From the NCBI GenBank assembly GCA_041395025.1, contig JAWLBH010000001.1, positions 390,001 to 422,000 of the forward strand: a stretch of 32,000 nt of DNA, read 5' to 3'. Positions within the stretch are counted from its first letter, which is position 1, and every line of letters begins with the position of its first letter. Positions 8,858-18,899 of the stretch are shown piece by piece. The notes beneath the pieces were generated by a model. That model made no database searches. It was not told where the DNA came from and saw only the letters and a list, made by a program, of their open reading frames with translations. This DNA comes from Chlamydiales bacterium. Its GTDB lineage: Bacteria; Chlamydiota; Chlamydiia; Chlamydiales; JAAKFR01. The position numbers and the translations under genes were made by a program.

Positions 8858-9861
8858 CATTTCTTGAGAAACTCAAAACAGCATATGAGACAAAAGCTGT
8901 TGATGAAAAAAACTATAGGACGATTGCAAGTCTTTATAAGAGCTATGTTCATGCTTTGCAAACTGATCATCTAGATATGATGGATTACGAGTCGATTTTT
9001 GAATCTTTTCTTCAATTTGTAACTGAACAAATTGCACATCCTTATCAATTCGAATCTTTCCATAAAAAGATCACTAAACCTTACAATTACTACAAGTTTG
9101 GAATGGATTTTTTACGCCCTCTTGTGAATAAAAAAAAGAGTCGAATATTTAAAATTGAAAATGTAAAAAAAATGACTCAACAGCTTGAACAAGGAGATAA
9201 TATTATTCTGTTTGCCAATCATCAAACTGAGGTTGATCCTCAATTGATGAGTCTTGCTCTTGAAGAGACTTATCCCGAATTTGCTGGTGAAGTTATTTTT
9301 GTAGCTGGTAATAGAGTAGTTTCTGATCCTATGGCGATTCCTTTTAGCATGGGATGTAATTTATTATGTATCTACTCCAAAAGACATATTGATAACCCAC
9401 CTGAAAAGAAAGCTGAGAAACAACATTACAATCAAAGAACAATGAAACGATTAAAAGAGCTTTTCTGCCAGGGTGGAAAATGTATCTATGTAGCCCCCAG
9501 TGGGGGGCGCGATCGTCGAAACCTTGATGGAGAAATTGAGATTGCTTCCTTTGATCCCCATAGTATTGAAATTTTCCGATTAATTGCAAAACAAGCTAAG
9601 AGACCTGCGCATTTTTATCCTCTTGCTTTAGCTACCTTTGAGATTCTTCCTCCTCCTCCAAAAATTGAAAAAGAGATTGGTGAGCCACGGTGGGCAAAAC
9701 GAAAAGGAATTTTTTTTTACTTTGGAGATGAAATGCAACTTGGTTGTCTTGGAGATGCAGATAGGCAAAATAGACATGCAAAAAGAAGAGCTCGTGCAAT
9801 ATATATTTGGAATGTAATTAGAGAAAATTATGCAACAATTAAGCGAGGATTCTTAAAATGA
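8854..9861 (+). CDS. plsB: glycerol-3-phosphate acyltransferase, soluble plant/plastid ATS1-like type
   Basis: 335 aa. It has the HX4D acyltransferase motif NHQTEVDP and a downstream APSGGRDR block, with no TM segments. It resembles the plastid-type GPAT that chlamydiae are known to encode (annotated plsB in Chlamydia). ATGA overlaps on both sides. Confidence 0.75.
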   Translation: MTFLEKLKTAYETKAVDEKNYRTIASLYKSYVHALQTDHLDMMDYESIFESFLQFVTEQIAHPYQFESFHKKITKPYNYYKFGMDFLRPLVNKKKSRIFKIENVKKMTQQLEQGDNIILFANHQTEVDPQLMSLALEETYPEFAGEVIFVAGNRVVSDPMAIPFSMGCNLLCIYSKRHIDNPPEKKAEKQHYNQRTMKRLKELFCQGGKCIYVAPSGGRDRRNLDGEIEIASFDPHSIEIFRLIAKQAKRPAHFYPLALATFEILPPPPKIEKEIGEPRWAKRKGIFFYFGDEMQLGCLGDADRQNRHAKRRARAIYIWNVIRENYATIKRGFLK

Positions 9862-12740
9862 ATAAGATACTAATAATCCTGCTTCTATTTACTCCGGGTT
9901 TTTGTTATGAAATTCTTGAAGATAAATCAGCTCTAAAAATAGAAACCCCAGTGCTATCTCAAAGAAAAACTCGAAAAATTCGATTAGAGAATCAACTCGA
10001 GGCTCTTTTGATTTCCGATCCTTATACCAAAGAATCAGGGGCTGCATTAGCTATTGCTGTTGGAAGCTGGGATGATCCCGAAAATCGCCCTGGAATGGCA
10101 CATTTTGTGGAACATATGCTTTTTCTTGGAACAGAAAAATACCCAGAAGAAGAGGGATATAGCCGTTATCTCAATGAAAATGGAGGATCAAGAAATGCTT
10201 TTACTATGGCTGATCGTACAGTGTATATGTTTTCGCTGAACAATAAAGGATTTTCAGAAGCCCTTGATCGTTTTGGACAATTTTTTATTGCTCCTCTTTT
10301 TAACCATTCTGGTATCAAGCGTGAATCAAAAGCTATCCATCAAGAATTTTGTAAAGACCTGTCACTTGATCCTTGGCGACTCTTATATGTAAAAAAAGAA
10401 TTAGCAAATAATCACCATCCTTTTCATCAATTTTGCATTGGCAATCACGATACATTATTAGATATTTCAAAAAATGAATTAAATACATGGTATCAATCTC
10501 ACTATAGCGCTCATCTGATGCATCTAGTAGTATATGCTTCAGAAGAACTAGATTCTCTAGAAAATCAAGTTGTAGATATTTTTTCAAAAATTAAAAATAA
10601 TAACCTTTCTCCCCTCTCTTTTTCCGAACCTCTTCTCCAATCAGATCAGTTAGGCAAAATAGTCTTTATTAATCCGATACAAGATTTGCAGGTGTTAGAA
10701 ATGAGTTGGGAAGTCCCTCAATTTTTTGGGAAAGATCTTGAATACCACACTGATAAACTAATTAGTCATGTTCTTGGCCATGAAGGAAACACAAGCTTAC
10801 TCAATCAACTCAAACAAGAAAACTTAGCAGAATCTCTTAGCTCAGGAAATATGAAAGCGGGAAAAGACCAAAGTTTATTTACCCTTTCAATCCATTTAAC
10901 AAAACATGGAGTGCAAAATTATGAAACAGTGATCGAGCGCTGTTTCCAAGCGATTGCAAATTTACGTAAAGCAGGAATTCCTCACTATTTATTCGACGAA
11001 ATCATTCTATTAGAAAAACTAAAATATAGATTTCAATCACGAGAAAAAGTTTTCGAACTTGTGAGTGATTTAGCTACGCAACTCATTGATGAACCGATAG
11101 AGACTTTCCCAGACCAAACACTTTTCCCACATCGATATAATCCAGATAGGATTCGAAATTTCATAGACTATCTTACTCCTCATCGTTGTCAATTCACCCT
11201 AATTGCCTCGCCTGATTTGACAAAACAAAAAATGACACTAAAAGAAAAATGGATGGGAGTGGATTATACAGTGCATCCTATTGAAAAGGAAAAAATTGAA
11301 AAATGGGCATTATCCAACACACATTCTTGTATTTCTATTCCCCGACCCAACCCATTTTTACCTGAATCAATGAAAATTGATGGAATAGTAGAAGATGAAA
11401 CATCTTTACCTATCCCCTATTTGATTATTGATTCTCCAAAAGGCAAAATTTATGAATGTAAAGACACACGCTATCTTGTTCCTGAAATTTCTTGGTCTTT
11501 TAACATAAAAACTCCTATTGTCTCTGCAGTTAATCCGACTTATCTCGCTTTAGCTGATCTTTATTGTCACGCAGTGAATGAATACCTCAATTCCACCGCT
11601 TATGAAGCAATGCTTGCTGGCCTCCACTATTCACTTAAAACCGCACAAAATCAAATTGAACTTAGACTAACTGGATATATTGATAAGCTAGATATTCTGC
11701 TCGATAAAATTCTCTCTACCATGAAAACGATTCAACTATCTAATGAACAATTTCTTATCTATCAAGACCAACTCATGCGAGAGTATTTTAATCAAGCCAA
11801 TATTAATCCCTTAAAACAAGGAAGTGAACTACTTTCAAGTATTTTATATAAAAACTATGCTGGCTTGAATGAAAGAATTACTGCTTTGAAAAAAATAGAT
11901 TTTGATCAGTTTAACTTATTTTGCAATCAACTATTTGAAAAGGTTTATATAGAAGGGATGCTTTATGGTAATAGAGCCAATACAATCGTTTGGAAAATGT
12001 TCGAAACATACTTGCCAGGCAAGCCATTTCCTCTAGACGATCATCCAAAAAAGGAATTATTAGGACTACCTAGTCATGAATCTCCTTCTTTTCTTATTTT
12101 AAACGGTCAACATCCTGCAAATGCATTAATTTTAACTGTTGATTGTGGAACATTTACATTTAAAAGAGGTGCTGCTCAAGAAATTCTCTCAAAAGGGCTC
12201 GAAGAACCATTTTTCACCGAACTACGTACACGCCAACAAACTGCCTACTTAGTAGCAAATTGGTCACAAGAAATTGAACGTCATCTTTACACCTTTTTTG
12301 CCATCCAATCAAGCTCTCACGATAATCGAGATCTTCTAGCACGTTTTGAACTTTTTCTTGAATCAACTATGCAACATCTCAAAGAAAGTGTGATTCCAAA
12401 AGAGCGATTTAAATCCATTCAAACTGCTTTGATTCAAAAACTAGAATATCCAGCAGAAAGTCTTTCTAAAATGGGTGAAATACTCCATACACTTGCTTTT
12501 GATTATGATGGTGAATTTGAATGGCTAGAAAGACGCAAAGAAGCTATTGCAGAACTCACTTATGAGGAGTTTCTTAACTATACCTCTACCTGTCTTGGTA
12601 AAGACAACCTTCATCGATTAGCAATTTTCGTCAATGCTCCTCATCCTTTAAAAGGAGGACTGTTATATAAAGAAATTATCCATCCTAAAGAGATTTGTAA
12701 TCCCGTCAAGATCAGATCTTCATCTGATCTATTTCCTTAG
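9858..12740 (+). CDS. M16 (insulinase/pitrilysin) family zinc metalloprotease with N-terminal signal peptide
   Basis: 960 aa. It has the inverted zinc motif HFVEHMLFLGTEKYPEE (HxxEH...E). The N-terminus MNKILIILLLFTPGFC looks like a signal peptide. Size and position next to plsB match the chlamydial insulinase-family protease. Confidence 0.85.
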   Translation: MNKILIILLLFTPGFCYEILEDKSALKIETPVLSQRKTRKIRLENQLEALLISDPYTKESGAALAIAVGSWDDPENRPGMAHFVEHMLFLGTEKYPEEEGYSRYLNENGGSRNAFTMADRTVYMFSLNNKGFSEALDRFGQFFIAPLFNHSGIKRESKAIHQEFCKDLSLDPWRLLYVKKELANNHHPFHQFCIGNHDTLLDISKNELNTWYQSHYSAHLMHLVVYASEELDSLENQVVDIFSKIKNNNLSPLSFSEPLLQSDQLGKIVFINPIQDLQVLEMSWEVPQFFGKDLEYHTDKLISHVLGHEGNTSLLNQLKQENLAESLSSGNMKAGKDQSLFTLSIHLTKHGVQNYETVIERCFQAIANLRKAGIPHYLFDEIILLEKLKYRFQSREKVFELVSDLATQLIDEPIETFPDQTLFPHRYNPDRIRNFIDYLTPHRCQFTLIASPDLTKQKMTLKEKWMGVDYTVHPIEKEKIEKWALSNTHSCISIPRPNPFLPESMKIDGIVEDETSLPIPYLIIDSPKGKIYECKDTRYLVPEISWSFNIKTPIVSAVNPTYLALADLYCHAVNEYLNSTAYEAMLAGLHYSLKTAQNQIELRLTGYIDKLDILLDKILSTMKTIQLSNEQFLIYQDQLMREYFNQANINPLKQGSELLSSILYKNYAGLNERITALKKIDFDQFNLFCNQLFEKVYIEGMLYGNRANTIVWKMFETYLPGKPFPLDDHPKKELLGLPSHESPSFLILNGQHPANALILTVDCGTFTFKRGAAQEILSKGLEEPFFTELRTRQQTAYLVANWSQEIERHLYTFFAIQSSSHDNRDLLARFELFLESTMQHLKESVIPKERFKSIQTALIQKLEYPAESLSKMGEILHTLAFDYDGEFEWLERRKEAIAELTYEEFLNYTSTCLGKDNLHRLAIFVNAPHPLKGGLLYKEIIHPKEICNPVKIRSSSDLFP

Positions 12741-12770
12741 TGAGAAATTTAAAGACCCCAGAAGTAATTT

Positions 12771-14477
12771 ATGAGAAGAACTGATCTTTTTTCTAAAACA
12801 TTCAAAGAATCTCCAAGTGATGCTGAAGCTATTTCGCATCAACTCCTTGAAAGAGGAGGATATATTAAAAGAATTGGGAAAGGTATTTATATACATACTC
12901 CTCTGATGTTGCGAGTGATTAAAAAGCTTCTTAAAATTATCCGATATGAGCTTGATAAGACTGGAGCTCAGGAGCTTGCGTTCCCGATGTTACATCCTGC
13001 TCATTATTGGAAAAAAAGTGGACGTTGGGATGATTATATATCTGAAAATCTCCTATATACGATTCAAGATCGCGAAGGGCATCCTTATTGTCTAGCACCA
13101 ACTCATGAAGAGATTTCCGTTGCTCTTGCCTCCAGTTGGATTACTAGTTATAGGGATCTGCCATGCAATCTCTATCAGATTGGAAATAAATTTCGTGACG
13201 AAATCCGTACTCGATTTGGATTAATAAGGGGAAAAGAGTTTTTGATGAAAGATGGGTACTCATTTTCTTCCAATCCTGAAGAAATGGAGAAACAGTACCA
13301 GGCAATGCGCCTTGCTTATTCAAATATTTTAAACCATTTAGAACTTAAATTTATCATCAATCAAGCCCATGGTGGAAAAATTGGAAAAGGAAAATCTGAA
13401 GAATTTCAAGTTATTGCTGATATCGGTGAAGATGTGATTATGACTTGTGGAGCTTATGCAGTGAATGTTGAAGCAGCTGATTCTATTCCTCCTACCTATT
13501 CATACGATACAATTTTAAAAGAAAAAAAAATCCTAAAAACTCCTGATATAAAAACGATTCAAGAACTTACGACCTATTTAAAAGTTGATTCACAGAAAAT
13601 CTTAAAAACTCTTGTTTATAAGCTCATCTATTCTGATAGAAAGGAGTATATTGCCATTGGAATCAGGGGAGATCGTCAAGTCAATCAACGTAAATTAGAA
13701 GAAAAATTTGGAGCTCTTGATGTTCTTCTTGCAACTGAAGATGAAGTGAAAAAGGTTGCGAATCTTCCTCTTGGATTTATTGGGCCTTTGAAATCTAAGC
13801 TCCCTTTCTATGCTGATAAAACAACTGAAGCGATGACAAATTTTATTTGTGCTGGGAACAAAAAAAATATTCACTACCTCAATGTGAATTGGGAATATGA
13901 TTTACCTAAGCCAAATTTTGATGATTTTCTACTTGCAGAAGAGGGGGATCTCTGCCCTAATGTTCCAACAGGGGTCTATCAATCTCAACGAGGAATTGAA
14001 GTCGGGCATATCTTCAATATTGGCACTAAGTATACAGAAAAACTCGGAGGATTCTATCGTAGTGAACACGGTGAGATGGAACCTATCTGGATGGGAACCT
14101 ATGGCATTGGAATTGATCGTTTAGCAGCTGCGTGCGTAGAACAATCCCATGATACGAAGGGCATTATCTGGCCAAAAGTGATTGCGCCTTTTCAAATTAT
14201 GATTACTGCTGCACATCATAAAGAGACTTCTCTTAATCAAATTGCTGAAAATCTCTACACTATTCTTTCTCCTTTTGATCCTCTAATTGATGACCGAAAA
14301 GAAAGACTTGGTTTTAAATTAAAGGACAGTGATCTTATTGGCATTCCCTATAAAATGATTGTTGGCAAAAAGTATACAGATGAAGGGAAAATTGAGATTG
14401 AGTCAAGGCTAGGAAGCAAAGAATGGCTCTCTATAGAAGAATTAGAGAATTGGGCTCAAAAAAATCTCAATGTTTGA
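12771..14477 (+). CDS. proS: prolyl-tRNA synthetase (bacterial type)
   Basis: 568 aa. It shows class II aaRS motifs (FRDEIRTRFGLIRGKEFLMKDGYSF; GTYGIGIDRL) and a C-terminal anticodon-binding region (DDRKERLGFKLKDSDLIGIPY). Confidence 0.92.
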   Translation: MRRTDLFSKTFKESPSDAEAISHQLLERGGYIKRIGKGIYIHTPLMLRVIKKLLKIIRYELDKTGAQELAFPMLHPAHYWKKSGRWDDYISENLLYTIQDREGHPYCLAPTHEEISVALASSWITSYRDLPCNLYQIGNKFRDEIRTRFGLIRGKEFLMKDGYSFSSNPEEMEKQYQAMRLAYSNILNHLELKFIINQAHGGKIGKGKSEEFQVIADIGEDVIMTCGAYAVNVEAADSIPPTYSYDTILKEKKILKTPDIKTIQELTTYLKVDSQKILKTLVYKLIYSDRKEYIAIGIRGDRQVNQRKLEEKFGALDVLLATEDEVKKVANLPLGFIGPLKSKLPFYADKTTEAMTNFICAGNKKNIHYLNVNWEYDLPKPNFDDFLLAEEGDLCPNVPTGVYQSQRGIEVGHIFNIGTKYTEKLGGFYRSEHGEMEPIWMGTYGIGIDRLAAACVEQSHDTKGIIWPKVIAPFQIMITAAHHKETSLNQIAENLYTILSPFDPLIDDRKERLGFKLKDSDLIGIPYKMIVGKKYTDEGKIEIESRLGSKEWLSIEELENWAQKNLNV

Positions 14478-14507
14478 GAATGGTTAGGATGGGATTGTAT
14501 ATATCCT

Positions 14508-15029
14508 TTATCTTTCAAATCCTTTCTCTAGCTCAATTTCATCTTTCACTATGTCTTTTGCATTTTGAAATAATGGTATCTTAGTTAGTTGACAATTTTC
14601 ATCTAAACAGTTGAGAAATTTTTGTTTAGCTTTTAAAGACATATTAAGCGTTAAATTATCTAATTCGCACTTATCCTGATCTTGTTCTTGTGGTTTTTCA
14701 AACCTTTGACCTTGATCCTCAAATTGAGGAACTAAATTTCTTAGATACATTTCAGGAGATAATCTATTGCTTTTAAATTGTCTGAAAAGAATGATAAGGA
14801 CAATTCCCAAAATTACCCCAACACCACCCATGATGAAAGTGGCTGGATGAATTCTTAGATTACTTGCGATCATCACTATGGATCCAGTCAGAAAAAGAAA
14901 TGCAAATACTCCAATGATAATTTTCGTGATTCTTTTTTTCTTCTCCTCTTGAGCTAGCCTATGATTAATAGCAGTAAATGAGCAAAAACATGATTTTTCT
15001 TGAGAGGAGTGAATGCGAAGATCATTCAT
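14508..15029 (-). CDS. hypothetical membrane protein with bilobed hydrophobic domain (Inc-like candidate)
   Basis: 173 aa. Two hydrophobic helices (ITKIIIGVFAFLFLTGSIVMIA and FIMGGVGVILGIVLIILF) are separated by a 9-residue loop (SNLRIHPAT). They are flanked by a ~35-aa hydrophilic N-terminus and a ~90-aa charged C-terminal tail. I recognise no family. Confidence 0.6.
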   Translation of the reverse strand: MNDLRIHSSQEKSCFCSFTAINHRLAQEEKKKRITKIIIGVFAFLFLTGSIVMIASNLRIHPATFIMGGVGVILGIVLIILFRQFKSNRLSPEMYLRNLVPQFEDQGQRFEKPQEQDQDKCELDNLTLNMSLKAKQKFLNCLDENCQLTKIPLFQNAKDIVKDEIELEKGFER

Positions 15030-15162
15030 AAATACCTAATATTTAATATCATTTTAGATAAAAAATAAAGTAAATTTAAAAGTTTATTGTTTTATTAAAA
15101 AATAATTAAATATGTAATCTTTTTTTATAAAAAATATTTTTAATAGTTAAATAAAGAAAAAA

Positions 15163-15189
15163 CCAGCACTCAAAACATGTGAGTGCTAA
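15163..15189 (+). promoter_or_regulatory. CIRCE operator (HrcA binding site)
   Basis: ccAGCACTC-aaaacatgt-GAGTGCTAA compared with the consensus TTAGCACTC-N9-GAGTGCTAA. The right arm is perfect, the left arm matches 7/9, and the spacer is exactly 9 nt. It lies 42 nt upstream of the hrcA ATG. Confidence 0.9.
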
Positions 15190-15194
15190 AAAAC

Positions 15195-15223
15195 TTGATT
15201 CTCTAGCCAGTTTTATTTATAAT
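15195..15223 (+). promoter_or_regulatory. near-consensus sigma70/66 promoter TTGATT - 17 nt - TATAAT directly abutting the hrcA start codon
   Basis: -35 TTGATT at 15195-15200, a 17-nt spacer, and a perfect -10 TATAAT at 15218-15223. Only 7 nt (cgtttcc, no SD) separate the -10 from the ATG at 15231. Confidence 0.45.
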
Positions 15224-15230
15224 CGTTTCC

Positions 15231-16352
15231 ATGATCAAAAAATCATCAAAGAAAGAGTCTCGAGCCTTTAGTGTTTTAATAGGATTGATTGAACTTTACC
15301 TAAAAACAGGAAAGTCTATTGGATCGAATACTTTAAAAGAAAGTGGCTTTCAAGGATTGAGTTCAGCTACAATTCGTAATTATTTTGTTGAAATGGAAAA
15401 ACAAGGACTTCTACATCAACCACATTCTTCAGGAGGGCGAATTCCTACAAATGAAGCGTTTAGATTATACGCTCAAGAAGCGCTCTTTTCCTTAGATTCA
15501 GCCTCGGAATTGGAAAAAGAATACGAAGAACCCGAAGTGAGTGAATCTCGTGACTTGACACGTTTTTTGCAAAAAAATGCTGAAAAATTAAGTGAACTTA
15601 CAGGATATGCCGTCTTTTTCTCGTCAGTGCGTTTTGACTATGACTTTATTCAGGATATTAAGCTTGTTAATGTCAATAATGACCGACTACTTTGTGTTAT
15701 GATTACTGATTTTGGACAAATTCTTACAGAAATTCTTCCTTTAAATAAAAAACTCAGTTTATTTTCAATAAAAAAAATTGAATCACAAATTCAATGGCGC
15801 ATTAAAGGTGGGAAAAAACCTAATGATCTGACTGAAGAAGAAAAAATCATCGCACAAAACTATTCTAATGAAATTATGGTCCGTTACCTGGTTCGGTATT
15901 CTAACTTTAGTGACGAAGATATTTTTAGAACAGGTTTTTCGACCCTCCTTTCCTACCCAGAATTTAATGATCCGATTGCTCTTGCAACAGGCCTATCACT
16001 TTTTGAAAATCCATCCCATATGCGACTTCTTTTAAGTGACTGTGTTCGGACAGGTTGTTTACGTTATTGGATTGGAAGCGACCTCACTCCCTATGCTGCA
16101 GCTGCAGAAGGCTGTTCTGTTATTGCTATTCCCTATCGTGTAGGAGAAACAATTGCTGGAGCGATTGGAATTTTAGGGCCTTGTCGAATGCCTTACCGAA
16201 AATTATTTGGAACTATGCAACTATTCTCTAAGAATTTAAGTAACTCTTTGAAAAAGAGCTTTCTAAAATTTAAAATTTCTCTCCGTCATCCAAGAAGCAT
16301 AGCACCTTATATCAAACAGACAGCACAACATTTATTGGAAATCAAGGAGTAA
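15231..16352 (+). CDS. hrcA: heat-inducible transcription repressor HrcA
   Basis: 373 aa. The N-terminal winged helix (LSSATIRNYFVEMEKQGLLHQPHSSGGRIPT) matches the HrcA signature (SSATIRN...GGRIPT). It is followed by grpE-dnaK and preceded by CIRCE. Confidence 0.93.
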   Translation: MIKKSSKKESRAFSVLIGLIELYLKTGKSIGSNTLKESGFQGLSSATIRNYFVEMEKQGLLHQPHSSGGRIPTNEAFRLYAQEALFSLDSASELEKEYEEPEVSESRDLTRFLQKNAEKLSELTGYAVFFSSVRFDYDFIQDIKLVNVNNDRLLCVMITDFGQILTEILPLNKKLSLFSIKKIESQIQWRIKGGKKPNDLTEEEKIIAQNYSNEIMVRYLVRYSNFSDEDIFRTGFSTLLSYPEFNDPIALATGLSLFENPSHMRLLLSDCVRTGCLRYWIGSDLTPYAAAAEGCSVIAIPYRVGETIAGAIGILGPCRMPYRKLFGTMQLFSKNLSNSLKKSFLKFKISLRHPRSIAPYIKQTAQHLLEIKE

Positions 16353-16354
16353 TC

Positions 16355-16918
16355 ATGTCTGAAGAGAAAAATCAACAACTGAGAGAAAAGATAAAAGAAG
16401 AGAACACAGAAAGCCTACCACAAGAAGAAATAGAAGAGCTAAAAAAACATCTAAAAGAAGCTCAAGAAAAATATTTACGAGTACTAGCCGATTCAGAAAA
16501 CGCTCGTAAGAGAATGCAGAAAGAAAGAGAAGATTTAACTAAGTATGCAGTTGAAAATATTCTCTCTGACTTTCTACATCCTTTAGACAATCTTGAAAAA
16601 GCATTAGAATTTGCTGAAAACATGTCTGAAGAAGTACAGAATTGGGCTGCTGGATTCAAAATGCTTTTAGGCCAGTTTCAACAAATTCTTAGTAATCATG
16701 GTGTTGAACAATATCGTTCGATTGGAGAGTCTTTTGATCCTCATTTACATGAAGCAGTAGAAATGGAAGAAACCGCAGATTACAAACCGGGAGTGATTAT
16801 AGAAGAATTTGTTCGTGGCTATAAGATAGGAAATCGTCCTATACGCGTTGCCCGTGTAAAAGTGACAAAAGCTCCCCCTGTCAATAAAAAAGATATAGAT
16901 ACAAAACAAGAAGGATAG
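16355..16918 (+). CDS. grpE: nucleotide exchange factor GrpE
   Basis: 187 aa. [20 protein letters not shown] and FDPHLHEAV...[16 protein letters not shown] are typical GrpE sequences. AAGGAG SD-like sequence upstream. Confidence 0.93.
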   Translation: MSEEKNQQLREKIKEENTESLPQEEIEELKKHLKEAQEKYLRVLADSENARKRMQKEREDLTKYAVENILSDFLHPLDNLEKALEFAENMSEEVQNWAAGFKMLLGQFQQILSNHGVEQYRSIGESFDPHLHEAVEMEETADYKPGVIIEEFVRGYKIGNRPIRVARVKVTKAPPVNKKDIDTKQEG

Positions 16919-16922
16919 ACCT

Positions 16923-18848
16923 ATGGCACAAAAGAAAGGAAAAATTATTGGAATCGATCTTGGAACGACTAACTCCTGCGTTGCAGTGATGGAAGGAGGT
17001 CAAGCTAAAGTTATTGCTTCTGCTGAAGGTGGTCGTACTACACCTTCCGTGGTTGCCTTCAAAGGTGATGAACGGTTGGTAGGAATTCCTGCAAAACGGC
17101 AAGCTGTCACTAATCCCGACCGAACTCTTTGCTCTACAAAGCGCTTCATTGGACGCAAATATGGTGAAGTCGAGTCTGAAATTAAAACTGTACCATTTAA
17201 AGTAACCTCTAATGATAGAGGAGATGCTGTTTTTGAGGTTGATGGAAAAAAACTGACACCCGAAGAGATTGGAGCCCAAATTCTTATTAAAATGAAAGAG
17301 ACAGCTGAGGCCTATTTAGGAGAAAAAGTCACTGAAGCTGTTGTCACAGTACCTGCTTATTTTAATGATTCACAACGTGCTTCAACACGAGATGCAGGAC
17401 GTATTGCTGGCTTGGATGTCAAACGGATTATTCCTGAACCAACAGCTGCTGCCCTTGCTTACGGCCTTGATAAAAGTGGAGATAAAAAAATTGCAGTTTT
17501 TGACCTAGGAGGAGGGACCTTCGATATTTCCATCCTTGAAATTGGAGAAGGAGTGTTTGAAGTACTTGCTACTAACGGAGATACTCATCTCGGTGGAGAT
17601 GATTTTGATAATGCTATTATTGGGTGGATGCTTGATGAATTTCAAAAAGAACAAGAAATTGATCTTAGTAAAGACAAAATGGCTTTACAACGCCTAAGAG
17701 ATGCAGCAGAAAAAGCAAAAATTGAACTTTCTGGGGTTCCTTCTACAGAGATTAATCAACCATTTATTACGATGGATGCAAGTGGTCCAAAACATTTATC
17801 TCTGACGCTTACACGTTCTAAATTAGAATCATTGACCCATGGACTGATCGAACAAATACGTGAACCTTGTCTAAAAGCTTTAAAAGATGCGGGTATGACA
17901 CCTGATCAAGTACATGATGTATTACTTGTAGGCGGAATGTCACGTATGCCTGCTGTGCAAAATTTGGTAAAAGAAATTTTTAAACGTGATCCTCATAAAG
18001 GAGTCAATCCTGATGAAGTAGTTGCACTTGGCGCTGCGATTCAAGGAGGGGTTCTTGGTGGAGATGTGAAAGATGTTTTACTACTTGATGTGATTCCTCT
18101 AACCCTGGGAATTGAAACACTTGGCGGTGTCATGACTCCTCTTGTAGAAAGAAACACCACTATTCCAACTCAAAGAAAACAAGTCTTTTCAACTGCTGAA
18201 GATAATCAAAGAGCTGTTTCAATACATGTTCTTCAAGGAGAACGTCCTATGGCAAAAGACAATAAACAAATTGGTTCTTTTGATTTGACTGATATTCCTC
18301 CTGCACCACGTGGTGTGCCTCAAATTGAAGTATGTTTCGATGTTGATGCGAATGGAATTCTTCACGTTTCTGCAAAAGATCAATCTTCTGGAAAAGAACA
18401 AAAAATTCGTATTGAAGCTGCATCTGGTCTACGTGATGAAGATATCAAACAGATGGTTAAAGATGCAGAACTTCATAAAGAAGAAGATCTTAAAAGAAAA
18501 AAAGAAATTGAGACGAAAAATGAAGCGGATAGCCTGGCTTTTCAAGCTGAAAAATCTCTCAAAGATCACAAGGATAAAATTCCTGATACAGTCTCTAAAG
18601 ATGTACAAGCTAAAATTGATGCGGTACGTGAGGCTCTAAAAGGCAATGATCTTGAAAAAATTGCTTCTGCAAAAAATGATCTCAATCATGAGATGCAAAA
18701 AATTGGCGAAGCAATGAAAACAAATGCTATGAATCAAAAAACTTCTCCTCAATCTGAAGGAAAAACAGCTCATCCTCAATCAAAAAAAGAGGAAGAAAAA
18801 ATTGAAGATGCTGAGGTTGAAGTGATCGAAGATGAAGAAAAAAAATAA
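16923..18848 (+). CDS. dnaK: molecular chaperone DnaK (Hsp70)
   Basis: 641 aa. [26 protein letters not shown] and [13 protein letters not shown] are Hsp70 signatures. Identity to chlamydial DnaK as I remember it is very high. Confidence 0.98.
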   Translation: MAQKKGKIIGIDLGTTNSCVAVMEGGQAKVIASAEGGRTTPSVVAFKGDERLVGIPAKRQAVTNPDRTLCSTKRFIGRKYGEVESEIKTVPFKVTSNDRGDAVFEVDGKKLTPEEIGAQILIKMKETAEAYLGEKVTEAVVTVPAYFNDSQRASTRDAGRIAGLDVKRIIPEPTAAALAYGLDKSGDKKIAVFDLGGGTFDISILEIGEGVFEVLATNGDTHLGGDDFDNAIIGWMLDEFQKEQEIDLSKDKMALQRLRDAAEKAKIELSGVPSTEINQPFITMDASGPKHLSLTLTRSKLESLTHGLIEQIREPCLKALKDAGMTPDQVHDVLLVGGMSRMPAVQNLVKEIFKRDPHKGVNPDEVVALGAAIQGGVLGGDVKDVLLLDVIPLTLGIETLGGVMTPLVERNTTIPTQRKQVFSTAEDNQRAVSIHVLQGERPMAKDNKQIGSFDLTDIPPAPRGVPQIEVCFDVDANGILHVSAKDQSSGKEQKIRIEAASGLRDEDIKQMVKDAELHKEEDLKRKKEIETKNEADSLAFQAEKSLKDHKDKIPDTVSKDVQAKIDAVREALKGNDLEKIASAKNDLNHEMQKIGEAMKTNAMNQKTSPQSEGKTAHPQSKKEEEKIEDAEVEVIEDEEKK

Positions 18849-18861
18849 TTAGTAAAAAAGC

Positions 18862-18899
18862 CTAGAAAAAGCTCATTTATCAAAATGAGCTTTTTCTAG
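18862..18899 (+). terminator. dnaK operon terminator hairpin
   Basis: A perfect 16-bp inverted repeat, CTAGAAAAAGCTCATT (18862-18877) and AATGAGCTTTTTCTAG (18884-18899), with a 6-nt loop, begins 14 nt after the dnaK stop. There is no long downstream U-tract; the T-run lies inside the 3' arm. Confidence 0.6.

Noticed and set aside
16881-17279. 132-aa minus-strand ORF, the longest unexplained ORF in the track
   Set aside because: It is antisense to the grpE 3' end and the most conserved N-terminal part of dnaK. Its composition is S/F/C/N-rich with no SD. It is a typical shadow frame of a highly expressed gene.
18219-18639. 109-aa plus-strand (alternative frame) and 60-aa minus-strand ORFs inside dnaK
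   Set aside because: They arise from the AAA/GAA-rich C-terminal coding region of dnaK (Lys-rich frame). dnaK itself is uninterrupted and conserved.
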